Below, one piece after another: positions 1 through 7,863 of a stretch of 64,000 nucleotides of DNA (position 1 is its first letter; each line of letters begins with the position of its first letter). Origin of the DNA: an uncultured Fibrobacterota bacterium. GTDB taxonomy: Bacteria; Fibrobacterota; Chitinivibrionia; Chitinivibrionales; FEN-1185. A program made the translations under genes and the position numbers. The notes below the pieces were generated by a model. That model searched no databases. It was not told the origin of the DNA and saw only the letters and a list, made by a program, of their open reading frames with translations. The stretch spans positions 96,001 to 160,000 of the forward strand of contig CAVSQB010000005.1 of the NCBI GenBank assembly GCA_963729895.1. Reading direction: 5' to 3'.

Positions 1-39
1 TGTGTTAATCTATTCCATATTTTCTCCCTCTCCCCGTGG
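1..39 (+). repeat. 39-bp direct repeat, copy 1 (may extend left of the window)
   Basis: TGTGTTAATCTATTCCATATTTTCTCCCTCTCCCCGTGG is identical to 3643-3681. Confidence 0.95.
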
Positions 40-40
40 C

Positions 41-102
41 GACCCTTGTGACCCTTGTGACCCTTGTGACCCTTGTGACCCTTGTGACCCTTGTGACCCT
101 TG
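41..102 (+). repeat. Tandem repeat (GACCCTTGT)x6 plus one 8/9 partial unit
   Basis: Units start at 41, 50, 59, 68, 77, 86 and 95; read directly. Confidence 0.97.
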
Positions 103-170
103 GGCATCCCTGACGAGGGGGAAGCGTGAAAGCAAGGTGTTTCTCAAACCAAAAGAAAGAGGAAAACCAA

Positions 171-1106
171 ATGTTTAAGGTTCTTGAGATTGACGGCGGC
201 GGGATCAAAGGGATTATCGAAGCGACAATCTGTCAGAAGATTGAGGAGCAGACCGGAAAGAAGATATGCGACATTTTCCAGCTCATCACCGGAACTTCAA
301 CCGGCGCTATTCTCGGGGGATGCCTGGCCGCAGGTGTCAAGGCAAACGACCTTGTCAATTTCTATTTGCAGGATGGTCCGAGGCTGTTCACGCGGCGTCC
401 CGTCTGGCAACCCTGGAACTGGTTGAGACCGAAGTACGACCGTAAACCCTTTGTGGCCAAGCTGCAGGCCGTAGTAGGCGCCGCCACAACGCTTGCAGAT
501 TGCAAGTGCGAGTTCATGGCAACATCGTTTGGGCTTTCCGCCTGCCGCACGCACTTCATCAAATCGTCCGACAAAGAAGATCGGCCTCTTTCTCTTGTCG
601 AGGTTATCTCGTGGTCCGCGCTCTCCGCAGCGAAGTATTTCGGCCAAATTGATGCTCCTCATTTTGAATGGGATGACCTTGACCCGGCGGGAAACACAAG
701 GCCACGCAAGGGAGAGAGCTTCCAAGACGGAGGCCAGGGCACCCAAAACTGCACTGTCGGCTATTGTCTGACGGAAATACTGGCGCGGGGAATAACGGAT
801 GCCGGTATTCTCTCGCTCGGCACAGGCGACCAGAATCTGTACACGCCGTTTGCAAAGACAAAGAAGAGCGGGTTCATCGGCGAGATCGTTGATTACCTTA
901 AGGGTCAGGCAAAAGAGGAATCCGCCGAAGATCAGGTGGGAGCGGCGCTGTTTATTGCCTCAGAGCGTCCCGGCATCAGGTTTTGCAGATTAAACGATAC
1001 TATCACAAAGAAAATGGATGCGCTTGACAATGTTAGGGACATCGGCACATTTCACAAAATCGGGCAGAATCTGGCGTCAAAGGTACCGGCTTGGGTGACG
1101 AAGTAG
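171..1106 (+). CDS. Patatin-like phospholipase
   Basis: DGGGIKG oxyanion loop, GTSTG nucleophile elbow, DGG motif; ATG at 171 follows a GAGG RBS. Confidence 0.92.
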   Translation: MFKVLEIDGGGIKGIIEATICQKIEEQTGKKICDIFQLITGTSTGAILGGCLAAGVKANDLVNFYLQDGPRLFTRRPVWQPWNWLRPKYDRKPFVAKLQAVVGAATTLADCKCEFMATSFGLSACRTHFIKSSDKEDRPLSLVEVISWSALSAAKYFGQIDAPHFEWDDLDPAGNTRPRKGESFQDGGQGTQNCTVGYCLTEILARGITDAGILSLGTGDQNLYTPFAKTKKSGFIGEIVDYLKGQAKEESAEDQVGAALFIASERPGIRFCRLNDTITKKMDALDNVRDIGTFHKIGQNLASKVPAWVTK

Positions 1107-1468
1107 TTGCCTGGTGGTCGATTGGGCAATATCGGTCCCAATGACGGTTACGCCTACCGCGGCCGCGGCCTCCTGCAGTTGACGGGCAAGGACACCTACC
1201 ACCAGGCAACCGAAATGCTGCAGAAAAATGACTCGAGCGCGCCCGATTTGGTTGCCTCTCCAGATGAGGTTATCGGCCCGCAGTGGAGCTTGGCTGTTGC
1301 CGCGTGCATGTGGTACTCGAAGGGATGCAATGCCTTTGCGGACAAGGACAGTATATGGAGTGTAACCAAGGCGATCAATGGCGGATTGATTGGTCTCGAC
1401 GACCGAATCGAGTGGTTGAAAGGACAAAGGCTATGTGGATACAGCCGCAGGCCACAGTCGCGACGTAG
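1107..1468 (+). pseudogene. GH19 (chitinase/endolysin-like) C-terminal remnant, 5'-truncated and frameshifted
   Basis: GRLGN..DGYAYRGRGLLQLTGKDTY and VTKAINGGLIGLDDR motifs; begins at the patatin stop with no RBS; adding one A at 1419-1421 restores ...WLKRTKAMW, ending at 1468. Confidence 0.8.
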
Positions 1469-1527
1469 GTAAAGACTATCACGAACAATTTTCCGAACAT
1501 GCGAACTACATAGGTTGGAGGTCTATT

Positions 1528-3315
1528 ATGTACACCTCACTTTTTTCTCCAGAAGTTCAATCTGTCCTCGACAATGCGGAAAAGGCCGCCGGCCAAGTCG
1601 GCAAAGGCCCATTTCCCTCGCCTGCGGATTGGCGCGATCAGGTCATCTATTTTCTCATGGTGGATCGATTCAACAACCCGAAGGCTTTGCCGGTGAACAA
1701 ACCATACGATGATGCCAATTATTATGGTTATCAGGGGGGCAAATTTTCGGGGATTCAGCAGCAGCTTGGCTACATCAAGAACCTTGGCGCCGGAGCAATC
1801 TGGTTAAGCCCCGTTCTCAAGAATCTCCAATTCGATTCCGGAAGCTACCACGGCTATGGCATTCATGATTTTCTAAGGGCTGATCCCCGGTTCGCCGACA
1901 ATCCCGCCAACGCCGACGATGAGTTACGGTCCCTGGTGGACGCTGCCCACAAAACGGGTTTGTATGTTGTTTTTGACATTGTGCTTAATCACACAGGCGA
2001 TGTTTTTGCCTACAATGGCAATTCTTCAGCGCCATTTTCAAGCCAACCACAAGCAGTTCAATGGAGGGACGCGGCGGGAACAGCCCAGCCGCAATTCGGC
2101 GATGTTGAGGCGATTGCTAATCCGGATGCGGACGCGGTAGTGTGGCCCAAGGAACTCCAGAAGAATAAATATTTGCGGCGCCAGGGGCAGCCCGATCCGA
2201 ACGGGGATGACACGGTCGGCGATTTTGCCTCACTGAAGCAGATGATTACGGCCGATCCCGACCTGCAGGAATTCCTGATCCGAGCATATCAATTTGTGAT
2301 TGCCCGGTATGACATTGACGCATTCAGGATCGACACGCTCCGCTATCTCAAAGGCGATCTCGCGCGCCTTTTTGGGAATTCCATTCGTGAATTCGCACTT
2401 GCCATCGGGAAGAAGAATTTCTTCACGTTCGGCGAAGTTCTGGATGGAAATGAAGAAGCGGACATTGCCCGCTTTATTGGACGAAGCACCAGTGACTCCA
2501 ATAGTTTTGTCGGAGTGGACGCGGCATTGGACTATCCTTTGTTCAACACCTTGAAGCCCACCATCAAGGGCTTCAGTTCTCCGGAAACAGTTGTAAACAT
2601 GTATTCCGTGCGTAAACAGGTTGAACAAAACATCCTCAGTTCTCACGGCGACGCCACGCGGTTCTTCGTGACCTTCCTGGACAATCACGACATGAAGGAA
2701 CGAATTCGCTATGTTCAGCCGGGTGACGAGAACGAGTTTGACGACCAGGTTACCATGGGCATGGCGTGCCTCTATGCCATGCCGGGCATTCCATGTGTCT
2801 ATTACGGAACGGAACAGGGGCTTCACGGCAGCGGCTCGGACCCTGCTGTGCGGGAGGCGTTGTGGGGGATCAGCCAGGGGTTTCCGCAAGACAGCTTCTT
2901 CTACTCAGCACTTCAAAAGATTTCTGCTGTGCGGGTCGCCGAACCGGCCTTGCGTTATGGACGGTTCTATTTCCGTCCGGTTTCGGGCGATGGCAACAAC
3001 TTCGGCGTTTCCACGTTTCCGGCAGGGGTTTTGGCATGGTCTCGGATCCTCAATGATCAGGAAGTTGTTGTTGTCGCCAACACCGGCACTGCCCAAAGTC
3101 AGGCAGTGTATGTGATCCTGGAAATCGTTCTCAGTTCGCCTGGCGACAATCTTCGCATACTATACAGCAACAAGCCAAATCCTACCGCGCCCGGCGCGGT
3201 CAAGCCCCTCAGTCAGGTTACCGTGGCGGAGGTGGACGGCACCACCGGCTATGGCCCGCTTAACGTAACACTTGTCACTTTGCAGCCGATGGAGGTGCAG
3301 ATTCTGAAGCGATGA
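1528..3315 (+). CDS. GH13 alpha-amylase family glycoside hydrolase (no signal peptide)
   Basis: DWRDQVIYFLMVDRF, YHGY, DIVLNH, FRIDT (nucleophile), FGEV, FLDNHD; GGAGG RBS before ATG 1528. Confidence 0.93.
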   Translation: MYTSLFSPEVQSVLDNAEKAAGQVGKGPFPSPADWRDQVIYFLMVDRFNNPKALPVNKPYDDANYYGYQGGKFSGIQQQLGYIKNLGAGAIWLSPVLKNLQFDSGSYHGYGIHDFLRADPRFADNPANADDELRSLVDAAHKTGLYVVFDIVLNHTGDVFAYNGNSSAPFSSQPQAVQWRDAAGTAQPQFGDVEAIANPDADAVVWPKELQKNKYLRRQGQPDPNGDDTVGDFASLKQMITADPDLQEFLIRAYQFVIARYDIDAFRIDTLRYLKGDLARLFGNSIREFALAIGKKNFFTFGEVLDGNEEADIARFIGRSTSDSNSFVGVDAALDYPLFNTLKPTIKGFSSPETVVNMYSVRKQVEQNILSSHGDATRFFVTFLDNHDMKERIRYVQPGDENEFDDQVTMGMACLYAMPGIPCVYYGTEQGLHGSGSDPAVREALWGISQGFPQDSFFYSALQKISAVRVAEPALRYGRFYFRPVSGDGNNFGVSTFPAGVLAWSRILNDQEVVVVANTGTAQSQAVYVILEIVLSSPGDNLRILYSNKPNPTAPGAVKPLSQVTVAEVDGTTGYGPLNVTLVTLQPMEVQILKR

Positions 3316-3436
3316 TTTTTGGAGGGAAAATTCGCTGTATGGCTGGTGCTGCCCGGTAAGATAATGATTGCCGTTGAGAATTTTGTAACCGGGTGCTCCT
3401 CTTGTGCGCCCAGCAATGTGCAAATACAATTCAAGT

Positions 3437-3512
3437 GCTGTTGGATAGCTGTGCCGGGTGACCCCAGAGTGGAATTGGCTGCTGGAATCCAATCCTCTGC
3501 TGTGGGGCACCC
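3437..3512 (+). repeat. Hairpin repeat module M1, copy A
   Basis: 60/76 ungapped identity to 46443-46518; GGGTG(A)CCCCA...TGGGGCACCC closing stem. Confidence 0.88.
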
Positions 3513-3642
3513 TCGAAATGCAGTCGACAAGGCCAATGAAGCAATCCGATGTTGACGAGTTGAGAAGTTGAAGAGCTGAATCGATGGCTGGGGCTCTGTG
3601 TGCAGTGGGCATTTATTAACGGGTGCTGCTACGGTGCGCGCT

Positions 3643-3698
3643 TGTGTTAATCTATTCCATATTTTCTCCCTCTCCCCGTGGGAGAGGGCGGGGTGAGG
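3643..3698 (+). repeat. 39-bp direct repeat copy 2, running into a REP-like hairpin CCCTCTCCC-CGT-GGGAGAGGG-CGGGGTGAGG
   Basis: 3643-3681 is identical to 1-39; perfect 9-bp stem at 3668-3688. Confidence 0.9.
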
Positions 3699-3726
3699 TT
3701 ACTCGGGCTTGCAGCGGGTACCTCCA

Positions 3727-3771
3727 CGCTGCACACGCTCAGCAATCCATAATATTGTCTTTATACTGCTG
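3727..3771 (+). repeat. Hairpin repeat module M2, copy A
   Basis: 36/45 ungapped identity to 46831-46875, with a compensatory CAGCA/TGCTG vs CGGCA/TGCCG stem. Confidence 0.85.
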
Positions 3772-3893
3772 GTTGGACTACCCTAAAAATCTCATTAACC
3801 CTCTTTATTTTCCTCTGCGCAATTTCACAAAACTATATTTTATGAACATGGGTTGGCGAGACAGACTGCTCGTTTACCTCGAAAGGAACATGC

Positions 3894-4622
3894 ATGAATA
3901 TCCCGATAGTAGAGATGATACTGAGGTCCGGCTGGGTCGCACGTGTCATCCTGGTCATCCTTGGAGTTTTTTCCATTATCACGTGGGCAGTGATTTTCAA
4001 CAGGTTTTTTTACCTTGGCCGGGCATCAAGAGGCAACAAACTCTTCTTGCAGAAATATTCCGGGATCAAGGCGCTTGTTGAAATCGAGAAGATGGACCGG
4101 ACGCTCCTCGGCTCCCCAATCGGCCGGCTCGGGACGAAAGCCGTGGGGGAGTTCAAACGCATTCTCGACGATTCCGCAACGCACACCGGGATCCGCGACT
4201 GGTCGTTTTTTATCCAGAACCAGTTTGCCATCGCCCTGGAGCGGATAGACACGTCATTTTCCGAAATGTCCAGGCGTCTTGACAGCGGGCTGATCCTCCT
4301 TGCCATCTCGAGCAGCGTGTGCCCGTTTTTGGGGCTTCTGGGCACGGTGTGGGGCATCATGGATTCGTTTTATGAGATCGGCAACCAGGGGTCCGCGAGC
4401 CTGCCGGTGGTGGCGCCCGGCATCGCCGAGGCGCTTGTGGTGACGCTTGTGGGTCTTGCGGTTGCGATTCCCGCGGTGCTGTTCTACAATTACTTCGTGC
4501 ATCGAGTTGACAGAGTCGAAAATGAGATGGACGAGTTCAAAAGCGTCATGTTTTCACACCTGAAACGAGACATTCTCAGCGTTCTCTACCGTGACAAACA
4601 GGGAACTACACCCATCGGTTGA
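3894..4622 (+). CDS. tolQ: TolQ (MotA/TolQ/ExbB proton channel)
   Basis: PFLGLLGTVWGIM and VVAPGIAEAL..T..GLAVAIPA motifs; operon context. Confidence 0.92.
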   Translation: MNIPIVEMILRSGWVARVILVILGVFSIITWAVIFNRFFYLGRASRGNKLFLQKYSGIKALVEIEKMDRTLLGSPIGRLGTKAVGEFKRILDDSATHTGIRDWSFFIQNQFAIALERIDTSFSEMSRRLDSGLILLAISSSVCPFLGLLGTVWGIMDSFYEIGNQGSASLPVVAPGIAEALVVTLVGLAVAIPAVLFYNYFVHRVDRVENEMDEFKSVMFSHLKRDILSVLYRDKQGTTPIG

Positions 4623-4649
4623 TTGTACTTCCACCGGGCCTTATGTACC

Positions 4650-5066
4650 ATGAAATCACGCCAGAGAAGAAAAGCCATTGCGGATCTCAATATCACCAAC
4701 CTGGTCGACGTGGTATTTACCCTGCTCATAATCTTCATGATCACCGCGCCCATGATGACCCAGGGAGTCCAGGTGGATCTGCCCAAAGCCGAAGCGGAAA
4801 ACGTGGAGGTAAACGATTTCATCCAGGTTTCCATCAACGGCCGGAGCGAGATCTTCATAGATCAGGAACGAATCAACCTCGTTGATTTCAAGAAACGGTT
4901 CAGGAAGGTGTTTGGGGGCCGCATCAAGACTCCTGTTTTCATCAATGCGGACAAAAAAGTTCCTTACGGCCTCGTCATACGCGTTATCGCGGATGTCCAG
5001 AACGCAGGCGTGGTGAAGCTCGGCTTTCTCACGCTGCCCGTCAAAGAAGGAGCCGGTGGGTCGTGA
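4650..5066 (+). CDS. tolR: TolR (ExbD/TolR)
   Basis: LNITNLVDVVFTLLIIFMITAPM..VDLP and INADKKVPYG motifs. Confidence 0.92.
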   Translation: MKSRQRRKAIADLNITNLVDVVFTLLIIFMITAPMMTQGVQVDLPKAEAENVEVNDFIQVSINGRSEIFIDQERINLVDFKKRFRKVFGGRIKTPVFINADKKVPYGLVIRVIADVQNAGVVKLGFLTLPVKEGAGGS

Positions 5067-5740
5067 CGGCCCTCACTGCAGCGGTCGCGCCTCCACGGGG
5101 AACCGTCCCGGCGCCGGAGATGTCGTTTATCCCGGTGGTCATCGCTTCCCTCGCATTCCATCTGGTGATCTTTGCGGGAATCCCCTTGCTTGCGCGGGTG
5201 TTGTACCATGCCGAAAAGTACGAGCGGCCGAAGACGTTTACCCTAGTAAACATGCCCAAGGCCCTGGAGCAGCCGAGAGCGGCCCAGGCCGCCCAGAAAA
5301 AACCAAAGGCCACGACGCCCGTTCCAAGCAAGTCGAGGGCGAAGCGGACGGCCAAGAACGAGGAAAAGCCCCAGGAGAAAAACGATGAGTTGAACGAGTT
5401 GCTTGATGCGATACCCAAGTCGGTGTCCGAAATCTCTCCAGGGCAGTCGTTCAAATACTCCTGGTATCTCAACAGCATCCTGTCGAAGGTAGAGGAAAAC
5501 TGGAAGCCCCCAATGGGGCTCACCGAGAAGAAGGATGCATCGGTTACCATTCGTTTCACCATATTCGCATCAGGTGAGATTTCCAAGGTCACGATCGCGG
5601 AATCGTCGGGAATTTCAACTCTCGATAACCTGGCTGTCAAAGCAGTGCAAATGGCAGCACCGTTCGGCAAGCTTCCGGTCGGATATGAGGCCGACAGGCT
5701 CGACATCAATTACGTCTTACACTATGTAAAGGGCGACTAA
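5063..5740 (+). CDS. tolA: Short TolA/TonB-family protein
   Basis: N-terminal TM with S..FH, Lys/Pro-rich linker, TonB-C domain (NWKPP..SSG..LDNLAVKAV..APFGKLP); lies between tolR and tolB. Confidence 0.8.
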   Translation: MTALTAAVAPPRGTVPAPEMSFIPVVIASLAFHLVIFAGIPLLARVLYHAEKYERPKTFTLVNMPKALEQPRAAQAAQKKPKATTPVPSKSRAKRTAKNEEKPQEKNDELNELLDAIPKSVSEISPGQSFKYSWYLNSILSKVEENWKPPMGLTEKKDASVTIRFTIFASGEISKVTIAESSGISTLDNLAVKAVQMAAPFGKLPVGYEADRLDINYVLHYVKGD

Positions 5741-5758
5741 TAGAAAGGCGGGGCTGGG

Positions 5759-7000
5759 GTGGCAAAATCGTTCGCTGCTTTGTTTCTTCTTCTTGGCATG
5801 TGGTTGAGCGTTTTTGGCGAGCGGATAACACTCGAATCATACGCCGGCAATCTCGACAGCATTTCCGTTGCCATTCTTCCTTTCACGGCGACGGGTGACG
5901 GTCAAATCACGAAAGACGAGCCTTGGAAGGTGCTCGCCAACGACCTGGAGTTTTCCGGCAGGTTCACGGTTTTTCGTGTCACCAAAGTCGACACCACCGA
6001 GTTTGCCAAGAACAATGTTCCTCTGTACATCACCGGCGATTACCAAATGTTCGGTCGGCAATACGTGCGGGTGGATTGTTTTTTGCGGGGCGCGAAGTCG
6101 GGAAGCCCTCTGGCGACCAAAACCTATGAAGCAGATGTGAAACACGTTCGGCCCGTAGGTCATCGGTTCGCCGACGATCTCATTGCCATGTTGTTCAACG
6201 ACAAGGGCATTTTTGAAAGCAAGATGCTTTTTGTGAAGGATGAAGGCCCCAAGAAGAACATTATGATCATGGACTGGGACGGCGACAACGTGCATGCACT
6301 CACGGCGACCACTACCGTCAACATCTTCCCGGCGTTTGTCGATTCTTCCACCTTTCTCTGGACCTCGTTTATCCGCGGCCACCCGGACATTTACAAAGCA
6401 ACAATCGGCGGGAGGGGAGGCGCCATCATGTCGAGCAGGTTTGTCCAGACGTCGCCGGCCTATTCGCCGATCACGGGCAGGGTTGCATTTGCCTCCTCAC
6501 GCGACGGGAACATGGAAATTTACACTTGCGATCTCGACGGCAAAAACATCAAGCGCCTCACCAATGCCAGGTCGATTCAGACCGCGCCGCGTTGGTCGCC
6601 TAACGGCTTTCAGATCGCGTTTACGTCGGACCGGGTGGGCCAGCCCAAGATTTTCCTGATGGATGCCGACGGCACCAATGTCCATCAGCTTTGTTTCGAA
6701 GGCGGCTACCAGGATTCGCCCGCGTGGTCGCCCAAGGGCGACCGGATTGCCTACCAGTGCCTGGTGAACGGCAAGTTCGAGATCATCACCGTACAAACGG
6801 ACGGGTCGAACGCGTTCCAGGTAACCAATTGCCCGGGCAACAACGAATATCCGGCCTGGGCCGCCGACGGCGCCCACATCGTCTTTTCGAACGGCCGCGG
6901 CGGCAGCATAGATCTCTACGCGGTGAAATCCGATGGCACGCATTTGACAAGGCTCACGACCACGGGGAATGCGAAGATGCCCGACTGGGGGAATTGGTAG
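5759..7000 (+). CDS. tolB: TolB beta-propeller protein
   Basis: Signal peptide, NDLEFSGRF, repeated PD40 motifs (PAYSP, PRWSPNG, PAWSPKG, PAWAADG). Confidence 0.93.
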   Translation: MAKSFAALFLLLGMWLSVFGERITLESYAGNLDSISVAILPFTATGDGQITKDEPWKVLANDLEFSGRFTVFRVTKVDTTEFAKNNVPLYITGDYQMFGRQYVRVDCFLRGAKSGSPLATKTYEADVKHVRPVGHRFADDLIAMLFNDKGIFESKMLFVKDEGPKKNIMIMDWDGDNVHALTATTTVNIFPAFVDSSTFLWTSFIRGHPDIYKATIGGRGGAIMSSRFVQTSPAYSPITGRVAFASSRDGNMEIYTCDLDGKNIKRLTNARSIQTAPRWSPNGFQIAFTSDRVGQPKIFLMDADGTNVHQLCFEGGYQDSPAWSPKGDRIAYQCLVNGKFEIITVQTDGSNAFQVTNCPGNNEYPAWAADGAHIVFSNGRGGSIDLYAVKSDGTHLTRLTTTGNAKMPDWGNW

Positions 7001-7012
7001 CGGCCCTTTTGC

Positions 7013-7774
7013 ATGAAAGGCAATGGTATGAAAGGAATTTGGATCGTTGGACCGGTTGCGGGGTGCGTTTTCCTCGGCCTTTTCTCCTCCTGCTCTTCCA
7101 TCACCCTCCTTCGAATCCGGGAGCTCAAGCAGGTGGAGGCGCATGTCGACTCACTCAAGGCCGATTTGGCCGCCCGTGACGAACTCCTGCAGAACGAACA
7201 GAAAAGCCAGAACGAACTGCTCAGGCTTATCCGGGCCGACATGCAGGTGCGTTTCGAGGAGCTTGGCCAAAAGGTATCTTCGCTTGAGGGAGGCTTGTCG
7301 GAAAGCAAGTACAAACTTTCCCTGATCGACAAGAAGACCCAGGAAATCCAGGAACAGTGGAAGGCAAAGACCGTCGCCGATTCGGCGGCGGGAGCGCAGA
7401 AGAACACACAGGTGGAAAAGCTGTACCAGATCGCGTACGGCGATTATACGGCGGGCCGGTGGGACCTTGCGGCCAGCGGGTTTCTGGACCTGATAAACCA
7501 GTTTCCGGAATCACCTCTCACCGATGAGGCGACCTATTGGTACGCGGAGTGCTATTTCGGCAAGAAGGATTTCGACAAGGCTGAACAGCTCTTCACCGAG
7601 TACCTCAGGAATTTCCGCAACGGCAAGAAGGTGTGCGCCTCGTTGTACAAGCTGGGACTGGTTTTTGAGAACAGAAAACTTCCGGAGAAGAGAAAACTGG
7701 TTTGGCAGAAGCTGCTCTCCACCTGTCCGGATTCACCGGAATCTACCGCCGCAAAAGAGCGGAACGCAAAGTAG
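7013..7774 (+). CDS. cpoB: CpoB/YbgF-like lipoprotein (coiled coil + TPR)
   Basis: Lipobox-like FSSC, coiled coil, LYQIAY...FPES...ATYWYAECY TPR typical of YbgF; last gene of the tol operon. Confidence 0.8.
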   Translation: MKGNGMKGIWIVGPVAGCVFLGLFSSCSSITLLRIRELKQVEAHVDSLKADLAARDELLQNEQKSQNELLRLIRADMQVRFEELGQKVSSLEGGLSESKYKLSLIDKKTQEIQEQWKAKTVADSAAGAQKNTQVEKLYQIAYGDYTAGRWDLAASGFLDLINQFPESPLTDEATYWYAECYFGKKDFDKAEQLFTEYLRNFRNGKKVCASLYKLGLVFENRKLPEKRKLVWQKLLSTCPDSPESTAAKERNAK

Positions 7775-7791
7775 AAGAGACTCCTGTTTGA

Positions 7792-7843
7792 AGCACAAAA
7801 CAAAATGCCACCCTCCGTTTGGGGCGGCATTTTGTTTTGTGCT
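7792..7843. terminator. Bidirectional intrinsic terminator
   Basis: AGCACAAAACAAAATGCCACCC / GGGCGGCATTTTGTTTTGTGCT inverted repeat between convergent genes. Confidence 0.88.
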
Positions 7844-7863
7844 CGTCCGGCGGAAGCAACGGC

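Noticed and set aside
41..102. CRISPR array, or the VTR-repeat ORF 5..208
   Set aside because: Contiguous 9-mers with no spacers and no cas genes; the ORF is just the repeat read through
108..135. Hammerhead ribozyme core (CTGACGA...GAAA)
   Set aside because: The intervening sequence cannot form stem II, and no stems I/III are evident
171..1106. Patatin as a CBASS CapV effector
   Set aside because: No CD-NTase or other CBASS gene is adjacent within the window; upstream context is not visible
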